Sequence record: NC_031126.1
DNA: 64,000 nucleotides
Reading direction: 5' to 3' (one strand)
Made by a program: the position numbers and the translations under genes. The notes under the pieces were generated by a model. It did not search any database and was not told the DNA's origin. It was given only the letters and a program-made list of their open reading frames with translations. Of the stretch, positions 1-7,977 are shown piece by piece. The number at the start of each line of letters is the position of its first letter. The first letter of the stretch is position 1.

Positions 1-2
1 AT

Positions 3-620
3 GCCGATGCGCAAACGTTACTGTATCCAAACGATGCCTGGGGTTACGCCTACGACGTCTTCCTGGCGGTTTTTGTAAAAGCCTTGGGGTTACGTCAGGT
101 TGGGAAAGATATCCGTATCTACCCACACCAGAGGACGAATGTGAAGGACGTGGAAACGCTGTTCTCTCTCATCATCAAACAAGACCCGTTATTCTTGCAA
201 GATGCCAACCGTCCTAATAAGCCGTTCCAGACACGGAGCTTCCGTACACTGCAAGTGGCGAACAATGTGGGATGGTCGAAGATTTTCGTCACCCGTTTCT
301 TCCAGGCCGATATGCCGCTTAACCAGCAGCTGGGTAATTGGGAGCCGTTCACTGCTTTTGAACCGAAGCTATACCCACTGCTCGGCGCAGACGTCCCGCT
401 CTTCAATCCGATTACCTACGACCCGTACATTCTCTCCACAGAGTTTTACAATGGCTCGTATAGCTCGGTGATTGAGTATGCCCTGCATCTGTATCTGAAC
501 AAACAACCGTTAGACAGTGCCATTGCCGCCGAGTTAGGCGCGGAGGTACACAAGCTGCCACGCGACAGTCAATTCTATTACGTGCCGCTGGTCTACGTGC
601 TGTTGAAGTACGCGAGGTAA
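3..620 (+). CDS. conserved phage protein, 5'-truncated (virion gene neighbourhood)
   Basis: Frame is open from base 3 (ADAQTLLYPNDAWGY...) into the ORF-track 84..620 protein; stop is 2 nt before the next gene. Confidence 0.7.
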   Translation, partial: ADAQTLLYPNDAWGYAYDVFLAVFVKALGLRQVGKDIRIYPHQRTNVKDVETLFSLIIKQDPLFLQDANRPNKPFQTRSFRTLQVANNVGWSKIFVTRFFQADMPLNQQLGNWEPFTAFEPKLYPLLGADVPLFNPITYDPYILSTEFYNGSYSSVIEYALHLYLNKQPLDSAIAAELGAEVHKLPRDSQFYYVPLVYVLLKYAR

Positions 621-622
621 TC

Positions 623-1165
623 ATGCCACAGAAACGCAGTGCGGCGTTCTTCCTGTTCCATGCCTGGATTGGTTGGCGTGTTCCTGAATACGTCACCTTG
701 ACACGCTATGCCCGCGAAGAACAAGGTCTCTTCTTGCCGGAAGACAAGGATAAGGCCAAGGCCATTTTGCTTAACAAGAAATTCGTCATGTACCGCCCAG
801 CGGATATTGCCGAATACCTCGCCACCGGTGGGGCACTTGACATTAACGACCCGAACGATGCAATCAAAGTCTACGGGTGGATAATGGAGCATCTGTCCAA
901 TTGGCTACATCATCTGGAGAACCCGCAGATGTTTTTGCGGCACCCTCCGATGGATGGCCTGCGTAAGTTTAACCGCTTGGCGAACCAACTGTTCCCAGTG
1001 GCTAACCGCTACGGCTATTTTAAGAAGCCAGAAATCACCATGTCGACTGCGTTACAGTCGTTGTTCACACCGAATGTCCGAGTAGAGCAAACCCGACATC
1101 GGTTCAATGACACGATAATGCGGAGACTGGAGATGGCTTATCGTCGTCTGGGAGGTAAGAAATGA
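623..1165 (+). CDS. hypothetical protein (phiKZ-like virion gene block)
   Basis: 180 aa ORF tightly coupled to both neighbours (ATGA overlap at 1162-1165). Confidence 0.75.
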   Translation: MPQKRSAAFFLFHAWIGWRVPEYVTLTRYAREEQGLFLPEDKDKAKAILLNKKFVMYRPADIAEYLATGGALDINDPNDAIKVYGWIMEHLSNWLHHLENPQMFLRHPPMDGLRKFNRLANQLFPVANRYGYFKKPEITMSTALQSLFTPNVRVEQTRHRFNDTIMRRLEMAYRRLGGKK

Positions 1166-2466
1166 TTCCGCGTTTTCAGAAAATCGTGAATACGCATATC
1201 GCGCAAGCGATAGGAATGCCCGCCCTTAACTACGACGCCATTGTCACAGTCAAGGGCAAGCCTTTGACGGTCATCAAAGTTCACTCGGTGATTAACAGCG
1301 GTAACTTTGCGAACGACATGACGGGGTTGATTCACATGACCATCGTCTTGCCGTTAACCCAGCAACGTATCGCCACCTCACGCGCCGACGGCGACCTGCG
1401 CGTACAGTTGATAGTTCGTACCAGCAACAAACTGGTCGGTATCTTCCCGTACCGTGGTATCGCCATCAGTAACCGTGAGCAAGACATGGAAGCCCCAACC
1501 GCCTTTATGGGAGAAGCCGGGGATAAAGCCATCGCCATGGTCACGTTCGAGCTAATGGACGAATCCATGTGGTTCATGCGTACGGCTAACGTGCCAGTGA
1601 ACTTCCATGACACCGATGCCCTAACCGTAGCACGCACTATCCTCGCCAAAACCATGCCGTCCTCTGGGGCGGACAAAGGCGAAGTGCAATCATTGCAGTA
1701 TGAAGAAGAAGAGCAGCAGGGGTATCGTGATATCATCCTGCCCGATTCAACGACGTTCCTTGGAGTGTTCGATAAACTCCAGGAAAACTACGGCATTTAC
1801 AGCAAAGGGCTCGGGGTGTATCAGCATCTTCGACGTTGGTATCTTTTCCAGTTGTACGATATGGAGAAGTTCAATACCGCGAAAGAGAAACTGGTCATCA
1901 TGAACCTGCCACGCGAAATGTCAGCGCACATCGACAAAACCATCCACATCACACCGGGGGTACTCTATTTGATTACCGGTGGCGATAGCCGCACGCTATC
2001 CACCCGTGACGAGGATGCGTTGAATGTGGGCACTGGTTATCGTGTAGGGTCGATTCGTGCGCTTGACGGCCGTTCTACGTCGTTTACGCCGGGTGGTGTC
2101 AGTATGACCACATCGGATAAGTTTGTCTCACAGGCAAACCCGGTTGATTACGCGGGTAAGATTCAAAATGCCCCAGTAGTCAAAGACCACTTCACGGATA
2201 ACGATAAACCACTCCGCTCGAAATTGGCGAAGACCCAAGGAACACTCACCAAAGTGACCTGGAACTATTCAATCCACGGGTTGATTAAACCAGGAATGGC
2301 GGTGAAGTTCATGTACGCCAACGAGTTCGGAATGTACGCCCGTTACGGCACCGTGCTCGGTGAAGTTTACCAGGCCGGTCTGGACGGTGGTTCTATCGCG
2401 ACCGGTCGTTACAACACCACCACCGAGCTAACACTCTGGTTGGCGGAACAAAAATTTACGGCATAG
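1162..2466 (+). CDS. probable virion structural protein, possibly baseplate hub (phiKZ gp101-like)
   Basis: 434 aa, beta-rich; size and position upstream of the helicase/capsid block match recalled phiKZ-group synteny; function is inference. Confidence 0.45.
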   Translation: MIPRFQKIVNTHIAQAIGMPALNYDAIVTVKGKPLTVIKVHSVINSGNFANDMTGLIHMTIVLPLTQQRIATSRADGDLRVQLIVRTSNKLVGIFPYRGIAISNREQDMEAPTAFMGEAGDKAIAMVTFELMDESMWFMRTANVPVNFHDTDALTVARTILAKTMPSSGADKGEVQSLQYEEEEQQGYRDIILPDSTTFLGVFDKLQENYGIYSKGLGVYQHLRRWYLFQLYDMEKFNTAKEKLVIMNLPREMSAHIDKTIHITPGVLYLITGGDSRTLSTRDEDALNVGTGYRVGSIRALDGRSTSFTPGGVSMTTSDKFVSQANPVDYAGKIQNAPVVKDHFTDNDKPLRSKLAKTQGTLTKVTWNYSIHGLIKPGMAVKFMYANEFGMYARYGTVLGEVYQAGLDGGSIATGRYNTTTELTLWLAEQKFTA

Positions 2467-2478
2467 CCCTAATCTATG
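2455..2478 (+). promoter_or_regulatory. putative middle/late promoter TTTACG-N-TATG
   Basis: tttacgg-N13-tatg upstream of ORF 2508; same spacing recurs at other intergenic sites; TATG is the known phiKZ late-promoter core. Confidence 0.5.
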
Positions 2479-2507
2479 TCAAAGCAACCATAAGGACTCG
2501 TTAAACA

Positions 2508-3305
2508 ATGAATGCTGTATTTGTTCTCCGTATGCCTGGCCAACTTATCCAGGCAATCGATGCACATGAGTTAGCTCATTTCACTAAACCAGCTCGTCTG
2601 TGGGACCGCGTGTGTAATGTCCTGCCGAAGACCGGTGAAGTGGAACTCATGTACGTGATGGCTTCTAACCGCGACCAAACGGTTTCCATCATCCACCGCC
2701 ACAATGGTGAAGAACAATGCGTGCAGCTGCCTATTGCAGAGAAAGGCTCATTGGGTCAGATTCTGTTCCTGCATTGCCTGACCACCTTACCGGTGTGGAT
2801 GGCACTGAATGGCCAGCACGAATTTGAATACATCTACTACTATCATCAGAAGTTGGCTAATGATGTCATCGTGGGTGACCCAACGACGTATCCGCAGTAT
2901 GTGGCACGTATCACGCCGCAGATGGCTTCCGAAGTAGAAGGCGAAGCAGAGTGGAATATGTTCCGTTTCGTACAAGTCGGTGAATCCCGTGACCCAGAAC
3001 ACACCGTTGCTCTGCGTGCTTGTGTACGCTACGTTGCGCGTTCTGTTGCCCGTGAGTTGTCCACCAACTTCAATGAAGTCTACCCGGTGGTGCAGTTTGG
3101 ACCGTACGTAACGTTCAACTCGTATATTCCACACCCAGCACAAATCCTCGGCCCGTTCGATAATGAGAACACCTTGCCGATCGCTGAAGACTACGGTCTG
3201 TTTGCGAAGGACGCCGTTATCGCCGTTAGCGAACAACGTGTCACCCTTCATGCCCTGCATGGTCTGCAAGAACCGGAAGTGCCGTACATGTCCAGCCACG
3301 GCTAA
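2508..3305 (+). CDS. hypothetical protein
   Basis: 265 aa ORF with aagga RBS, followed by a terminator. Confidence 0.8.
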   Translation: MNAVFVLRMPGQLIQAIDAHELAHFTKPARLWDRVCNVLPKTGEVELMYVMASNRDQTVSIIHRHNGEEQCVQLPIAEKGSLGQILFLHCLTTLPVWMALNGQHEFEYIYYYHQKLANDVIVGDPTTYPQYVARITPQMASEVEGEAEWNMFRFVQVGESRDPEHTVALRACVRYVARSVARELSTNFNEVYPVVQFGPYVTFNSYIPHPAQILGPFDNENTLPIAEDYGLFAKDAVIAVSEQRVTLHALHGLQEPEVPYMSSHG

Positions 3306-3312
3306 GAACTCG

Positions 3313-3347
3313 CCTGACCTCCTTGTGGGGTCAGGTATTCTTATTTT
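3313..3347 (+). terminator. intrinsic terminator
   Basis: cctgacctcc-ttgt-ggggtcagg stem-loop followed by T-rich tract. Confidence 0.7.
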
Positions 3348-3456
3348 AAACGAATATAAGCAACGTTATGTATAACGTAGATGATTCATCGTATTATCCA
3401 TGAAAAGCGCTTAGAGAGCGTCTGAGGGCGTTATAGAGGGTATTACACTGTAGTTT

Positions 3457-3513
3457 GATTAAAAAAGATTTCAGATATATATTACCTAGGTGAGATTAGA
3501 ATATTAATCTTTT
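3457..3513 (+). repeat. 57-nt repeat copy 1 containing early promoter (TATATTAC core)
   Basis: 56/57 nt identical to 54306-54362; contains cagatatatattacctaggtga; TATATTAC is the phiKZ early-promoter consensus. Confidence 0.85.
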
Positions 3514-3539
3514 ACTTAGCCGACTATCAAGGAGCCCCC

Positions 3540-3725
3540 ATGAGCACATTACGCCAGAGTTACCAGCCGTTAGAAGACGGTAGTGATACCAGCAACAAAA
3601 TCATTGCCCAGCTCGACGCCATGGACAAGCGTAAGAAAATCGTCGATGAAATGATGACCGCCGTCAAAGCCGGTGATAGTGTCAAGGCTAATGAATTACG
3701 CAACCAACTGTTTACTTTAAACTAA
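3540..3725 (+). CDS. small early protein (61 aa, helical)
   Basis: gactatcaaggag RBS directly downstream of early promoter. Confidence 0.75.
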   Translation: MSTLRQSYQPLEDGSDTSNKIIAQLDAMDKRKKIVDEMMTAVKAGDSVKANELRNQLFTLN

Positions 3726-3747
3726 TCGACCATCAAGGAATACCATC

Positions 3748-4299
3748 ATGAAAACTACCCCACGCAATGTAATCAACTTCGGTACCAACGTTCTCGAAAT
3801 CATCACTCCTAAATATTCACCGTTCGTGGTCACCGTTACCGACCGTGGCGTTACTATCAACTGGGGCGACAAGGTCATCGCTCAGAAACACATCCACAAC
3901 GTGATGGACAACATCGAGCTGAACGTCCAGATTGCTCTGGATACGGCATACCGTCAGGCAATGTTGTACTTAGCATTCGAAGACCGCTTTACTCTGCAAG
4001 CGCTGTACCGCCACCTGGTACGTGTGACTACAGAAGGTATGGTTGAGCCAGAAAATATTAACGATGTGGCTGGCCAGATTTCTGCAATCGTGAAAATGAC
4101 TAAACGTGCCAATGACATCAATATGGTCATGGTCAGCGAAACTGAACTGGATAACCCAGCGCAGAAAGAATTCGACCTGTGTCTGACGCACGACGGTGAA
4201 ATCTTCACCGCGAACGGTAACAGTTTCCAGATTGAGCTGGCGAACATCTTAACTGGCCTACCTGTACTGGGTCGCCCAGAACTGTCCGAAACCAACTAA
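3748..4299 (+). CDS. hypothetical early protein
   Basis: 183 aa; gaccatcaaggaataccatcATG leader. Confidence 0.8.
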   Translation: MKTTPRNVINFGTNVLEIITPKYSPFVVTVTDRGVTINWGDKVIAQKHIHNVMDNIELNVQIALDTAYRQAMLYLAFEDRFTLQALYRHLVRVTTEGMVEPENINDVAGQISAIVKMTKRANDINMVMVSETELDNPAQKEFDLCLTHDGEIFTANGNSFQIELANILTGLPVLGRPELSETN

Positions 4300-4356
4300 T
4301 TAATCCTGAGGGTCATAAGGCCCTCAAATCAACTTCGACTATCAAGGAATACTATC

Positions 4357-4497
4357 ATGACTACTTTCCACAAACGCGCTATCATCACCATCGCTGTAGT
4401 TGTTGCACTGGCTTGTTCTTACATTACCCTGAACAAAGACTACAACAAATGCCTGGACAACGGCAACTCTGTAGCCCAGTGCACAGGACGCGGCTAA
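4357..4497 (+). CDS. small single-pass membrane peptide (46 aa), not in ORF track
   Basis: gactatcaaggaatactatcATG leader; MTTFHKRAIITIAVVVALACSYITLNKDYNKCLDNGNSVAQCTGRG; stop overlaps next ATG (TAATG). Confidence 0.75.
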   Translation: MTTFHKRAIITIAVVVALACSYITLNKDYNKCLDNGNSVAQCTGRG

Positions 4498-4679
4498 TGG
4501 AACTGGAATTCGATAAACCAAGCGTACGCCTCTCTTCCATGACAGGCTCCTGGGCCAGCGCCCCACATCCAGACCGTATTCCGCAAATCGAGGACGACAC
4601 TGTCCTCGTTACTGCCTGCGTATGCAATCCCGTTGAGAACATCCGCTCAGCGTTACTTCCTTTCCAGGAAATCTATTAA
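4497..4679 (+). CDS. small hypothetical protein (60 aa)
   Basis: Start re-assigned to ATG 4497 (MELEFDKPS...), coupled by TAATG overlap; followed by terminator. Confidence 0.65.
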   Translation: MELEFDKPSVRLSSMTGSWASAPHPDRIPQIEDDTVLVTACVCNPVENIRSALLPFQEIY

Positions 4680-4705
4680 GCCACCTTCGGGTGGTTTTAT
4701 TTTTT
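4679..4705 (+). terminator. intrinsic terminator (UUCG loop)
   Basis: agccacc-ttcg-ggtggtt followed by T tract. Confidence 0.75.
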
Positions 4706-4727
4706 GTTACCCACAAGGACAATTATC

Positions 4728-5456
4728 ATGTTAACTCTCGCTCACTTTAATCCATCAGTCACCTTCCCGAAACTGAAAGGTGAATACGTCGACCTCGTTG
4801 CTACAGAGAACTTTAAAATACAACGCGTGATCACGGAGAACACCGTATACTTCCTCGGCCTGTTGAAAGACGTTGGTGTCGCAGGCTCTAGCTGCCAGAA
4901 CAATGCAGAGAGTTATCCGAAGATCTTCAATGAAGACAACATGCGCGCTGGCTACAGTACCATCAGTCACTTGATGTCGTATGTCGTCTGTATGGTACAT
5001 GATGTTCAACAACGCATCGCCTATTTGGGCGAGCTGATCGAAATGACTCGTCAGTTAAACGTTATGGAAGGCTATGAAGAAGACCGCGTAAAAGCGCGTC
5101 TGGTTGCTGACCCGAAAGACACCAAGCTTACCCCCAACGCCCCTATCTCTGAAAACGAAACCATTATCGTGGCCAGTGAACTTTGGCACGTCCACCCAAT
5201 CATGAGTTCACACTCCGCAGCTGGTAAGTACGAAGGTATCGGTCTGACTGTCACTGCCCTCTGGGGTGTGGAGAAGGTACGCTACTTCATCAGCCTTGAG
5301 CGTAATGATTACAAACTCGGCACATTCATTGACGTCGGTTTTGAAGTCGAAGGCGTTGAGAAATTAGTTAATGCTAAACTGGAAGAGTTTAACACCATCC
5401 AAGAATTTATCCCATTCGCACCTGAGGAAGAAGATGCAACTGAAGAAGAAGTATAA
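4728..5456 (+). CDS. hypothetical protein with acidic C-terminus
   Basis: Start re-assigned to ATG 4728 after aaggac RBS; ends PEEEDATEEEV. Confidence 0.8.
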   Translation: MLTLAHFNPSVTFPKLKGEYVDLVATENFKIQRVITENTVYFLGLLKDVGVAGSSCQNNAESYPKIFNEDNMRAGYSTISHLMSYVVCMVHDVQQRIAYLGELIEMTRQLNVMEGYEEDRVKARLVADPKDTKLTPNAPISENETIIVASELWHVHPIMSSHSAAGKYEGIGLTVTALWGVEKVRYFISLERNDYKLGTFIDVGFEVEGVEKLVNAKLEEFNTIQEFIPFAPEEEDATEEEV

Positions 5457-5748
5457 GACTGTCCTGGCACGCCTAAAGAACAAACTGTTTGGTCGTAAAC
5501 GCTACCATCTGATTGAACCGTACACCGTATGGGTTGACCGGATGATTGATGATGAAGTTGTCAGTTACCGTAAGGTCTATTACTACTATGGTCGGAAGAA
5601 TTCCCCATTCCATCGTAAGTATGGAAAAGGTATTCAGGTTAGTGGTCATGGGATTCAAGGTTACGAGACAATTGAAGCGTACATCGATGACTTGAAGTTC
5701 ACGAAGTATACGGACACGCTAAGTCAAGTTACGCTCGCCTGCGCTTAA
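5434..5748 (+). CDS. hypothetical basic protein
   Basis: Start re-assigned to ATG 5434 (MQLKKKY...); followed by terminator. Confidence 0.6.
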   Translation: MQLKKKYKTVLARLKNKLFGRKRYHLIEPYTVWVDRMIDDEVVSYRKVYYYYGRKNSPFHRKYGKGIQVSGHGIQGYETIEAYIDDLKFTKYTDTLSQVTLACA

Positions 5749-5760
5749 AAAAATATACTG

Positions 5761-5848
5761 GCTCATCCTCCGCAAGGGGGATGAGTTGGTGCTACTTATT
5801 TTTTTTGTCAATACGCATAACTCCCCTGTGCCGACCCGAAGGTCGGCA
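5761..5848. terminator. back-to-back hairpins between convergent genes
   Basis: Plus strand gctcatcctc-cgcaag-ggggatgagt with downstream T run; minus-strand UGCCGACC-UUCG-GGUCGGCA at 5829-5848 after the helicase stop. Confidence 0.7.
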
Positions 5849-5857
5849 GATGGCTCT

Positions 5858-7423
5858 TTAGCCAAACAGGTCGTCGCCCATGCCACCGGTAAAGTGGTTT
5901 ATGCTCGAAGCAGATACTGTCATTTCTTTGTCACAATCCCAAGGTAGGATACCAACGTCAGCAAAAGGTAAAACGGTATAGTGATATTTTTCAGGGGTGT
6001 CAATAATCGTACGGTGTTTCCCACGCTGTACTTCGAGGAAGCTATGGCCACTTACAACGCGTTTGTTGAAGTAGAACTCGCCATCGGCCTCGTTATCCAA
6101 ACTGGTACAGGTGTCGTACAGACCACGACCGGGCAGGTTCTTACAGAAACCAACAGGGTCAGCAGCCTTCAATCGTTTCCCTTCTGGGGAAATCTGGTGT
6201 GGTGCCAGCAGGAAGCCGTGGTTACGGACTACCTGGATGTTACGCGCGATACGGTAGATTTCTTTGATATCGCTACCAACAATACCGTTACCGTGTCCGG
6301 CTTTGTTAATCGTACCGAGGTAGTCAGCACGCATTCCAACCACATGGAAGCCTTCGCGTTTGTAATCACTAATCAAGTCATTCAGGTAGTGCACTTTGAA
6401 ATCGGTGTTGGTGTGTTTCTCGAAAGAGTATTCCCAACCGTTAGCACGAATCTTATCGACCAGATAGTTTGCCATGTAGGTGACGTGTGCTTGACGTTCT
6501 TCTTCCGTGGCAGATTCTGGTAGAGTCATGGTTGGTGCGCGGCCTTCAAAGTGGCCGTAGATTGCCTGGTAAGCGTAGGCAATGTTTACGTCTAATTCAT
6601 TCTCGAGAGACAGGTCGAGAATCAACGGCATCAGGTCACCCTTCACATCCGCCATAACTTTCTCAGGCGTATTGAACAATGGTATAGAGATAGCCGTTAA
6701 CAAACTGAACAGAGATTTACAGTTAAAGGGTAACGCAGGCATCAGCCAAAGTTCTTCGGTAATCCCGTTGTTACAACCGGTCATTTGGTTCACGGCCTTC
6801 CAGCCGGTACGCAGACCATTACCTGCAACCTTCTTGTTAATGTCGCTGAATTTCTTCACAAATGGTGCACGGTTAGTTGTAATTAATTTGCCAACTTGTG
6901 AAGGAATCTTATTATGAGGACGTTCACTGAACGTGGTTAGCGATCCTTGGAGTTCGCCAATCGCTGTTAACAGGTCTACACGAGACTCTGTGCCGTTCAG
7001 AACGCCTAGGGTGCGCCCTAGCTTTTGCTTCAATTGAACGCCCTGTAAAGCCTGGCGCAATTGGAAATAGCAATCCTGCTGCTGCTTGGTGAAGAAGTCT
7101 TCTAACTCTTCTTCCTTGGTTGGGACACCGTCCTCAAGGAATCTCTGTATCGTATCGTATAGAGAGCCGGTTTGCGTAGTAGCGAGTTTAATTCGCTTCA
7201 TGACGGTGTTGTGTTGATACTTCATACCGCCGTCAATGATTAATGTAATAATGTCCTTGATCTCAGCTAACGCTGATCGCTCATCGCTGTCGTCGATATA
7301 CTCCGGCAGCTTCACCTCAAGCAAAACTTTTCTTATGACGTCGTGATCTTTATTCGCGTCAGTTATAAAGCTTTCTGCGTAGAGGGTGGCCAAGGCTGTT
7401 ATCAACATCATTTTACTATTCAT
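5858..7423 (-). CDS. dnaB: DnaB-like replicative helicase (phiKZ gp118-like)
   Basis: 521 aa; LRTGWKAVNQMTG, divergent P-loop ALPFNCKS, DLSLENE, DYLG, APHQIS, EADGE, VQRGKHR motifs; divergent from capsid gene as in phiKZ-group phages. Confidence 0.85.
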   Translation of the reverse strand: MNSKMMLITALATLYAESFITDANKDHDVIRKVLLEVKLPEYIDDSDERSALAEIKDIITLIIDGGMKYQHNTVMKRIKLATTQTGSLYDTIQRFLEDGVPTKEEELEDFFTKQQQDCYFQLRQALQGVQLKQKLGRTLGVLNGTESRVDLLTAIGELQGSLTTFSERPHNKIPSQVGKLITTNRAPFVKKFSDINKKVAGNGLRTGWKAVNQMTGCNNGITEELWLMPALPFNCKSLFSLLTAISIPLFNTPEKVMADVKGDLMPLILDLSLENELDVNIAYAYQAIYGHFEGRAPTMTLPESATEEERQAHVTYMANYLVDKIRANGWEYSFEKHTNTDFKVHYLNDLISDYKREGFHVVGMRADYLGTINKAGHGNGIVGSDIKEIYRIARNIQVVRNHGFLLAPHQISPEGKRLKAADPVGFCKNLPGRGLYDTCTSLDNEADGEFYFNKRVVSGHSFLEVQRGKHRTIIDTPEKYHYTVLPFADVGILPWDCDKEMTVSASSINHFTGGMGDDLFG

Positions 7424-7436
7424 GGAGCATCCTTCA

Positions 7437-7976
7437 ATGCGAATTCGTTTTAGCCCACCGTGGGAAGTTCAACCTAACATAGATAAAGTGGCCAGCGTTA
7501 AAAAGTTAGAAACGCTGCAAGCTGAATTCTTTAACTGGTTATATGACTGCGCTCCCGTACGGTTTAGCTCCGCTATCCTCCCGGACTGCTCCCCAGTTGC
7601 TATCTATAAATCGTTGATGGCTCCTCCGGTGCTTCCAGGTCAATATTATGACCAAGTGTTAAACTTGGTGCAAAAAGGTTCGAACGAATCCCTTGCTGAT
7701 TTATATGGGGAAGCGTTCGCCGGTCGTCTTCGTTGGGTGTTCACTCAGCGTAACGATGTGATTGTGGCGTCGCTCGCCGAAGCGAAGCTGGATAAACCCG
7801 GTTTTACTTTGGACGAACAACACGCTGCGAAAAAGATGTTCTGCGCAGAACTTTTTAAATATGTGCGTACAAAAACCCGCGTTGTCGACGATTCATTCAG
7901 TACATCAACGCAGTTTGCTGCTCATGAAGTGCTGACGCAATTATACGCATGTCATTTACTTAACAAGGTACTTTGA
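7437..7976 (+). CDS. protein upstream of major capsid gene (phiKZ gp119-like, possible head protein)
   Basis: 179 aa from ATG 7437 (alternative ATG 7422); synteny between helicase and capsid genes. Confidence 0.65.
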   Translation: MRIRFSPPWEVQPNIDKVASVKKLETLQAEFFNWLYDCAPVRFSSAILPDCSPVAIYKSLMAPPVLPGQYYDQVLNLVQKGSNESLADLYGEAFAGRLRWVFTQRNDVIVASLAEAKLDKPGFTLDEQHAAKKMFCAELFKYVRTKTRVVDDSFSTSTQFAAHEVLTQLYACHLLNKVL

Positions 7977-7977
7977 A

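Noticed and set aside
5900-6800. Degenerate Walker A (ALPFNCKS) suggesting a helicase pseudogene
   Set aside because: The ORF is intact, other DnaB motifs are present, and a divergent P-loop is my recollection for phiKZ-group helicases
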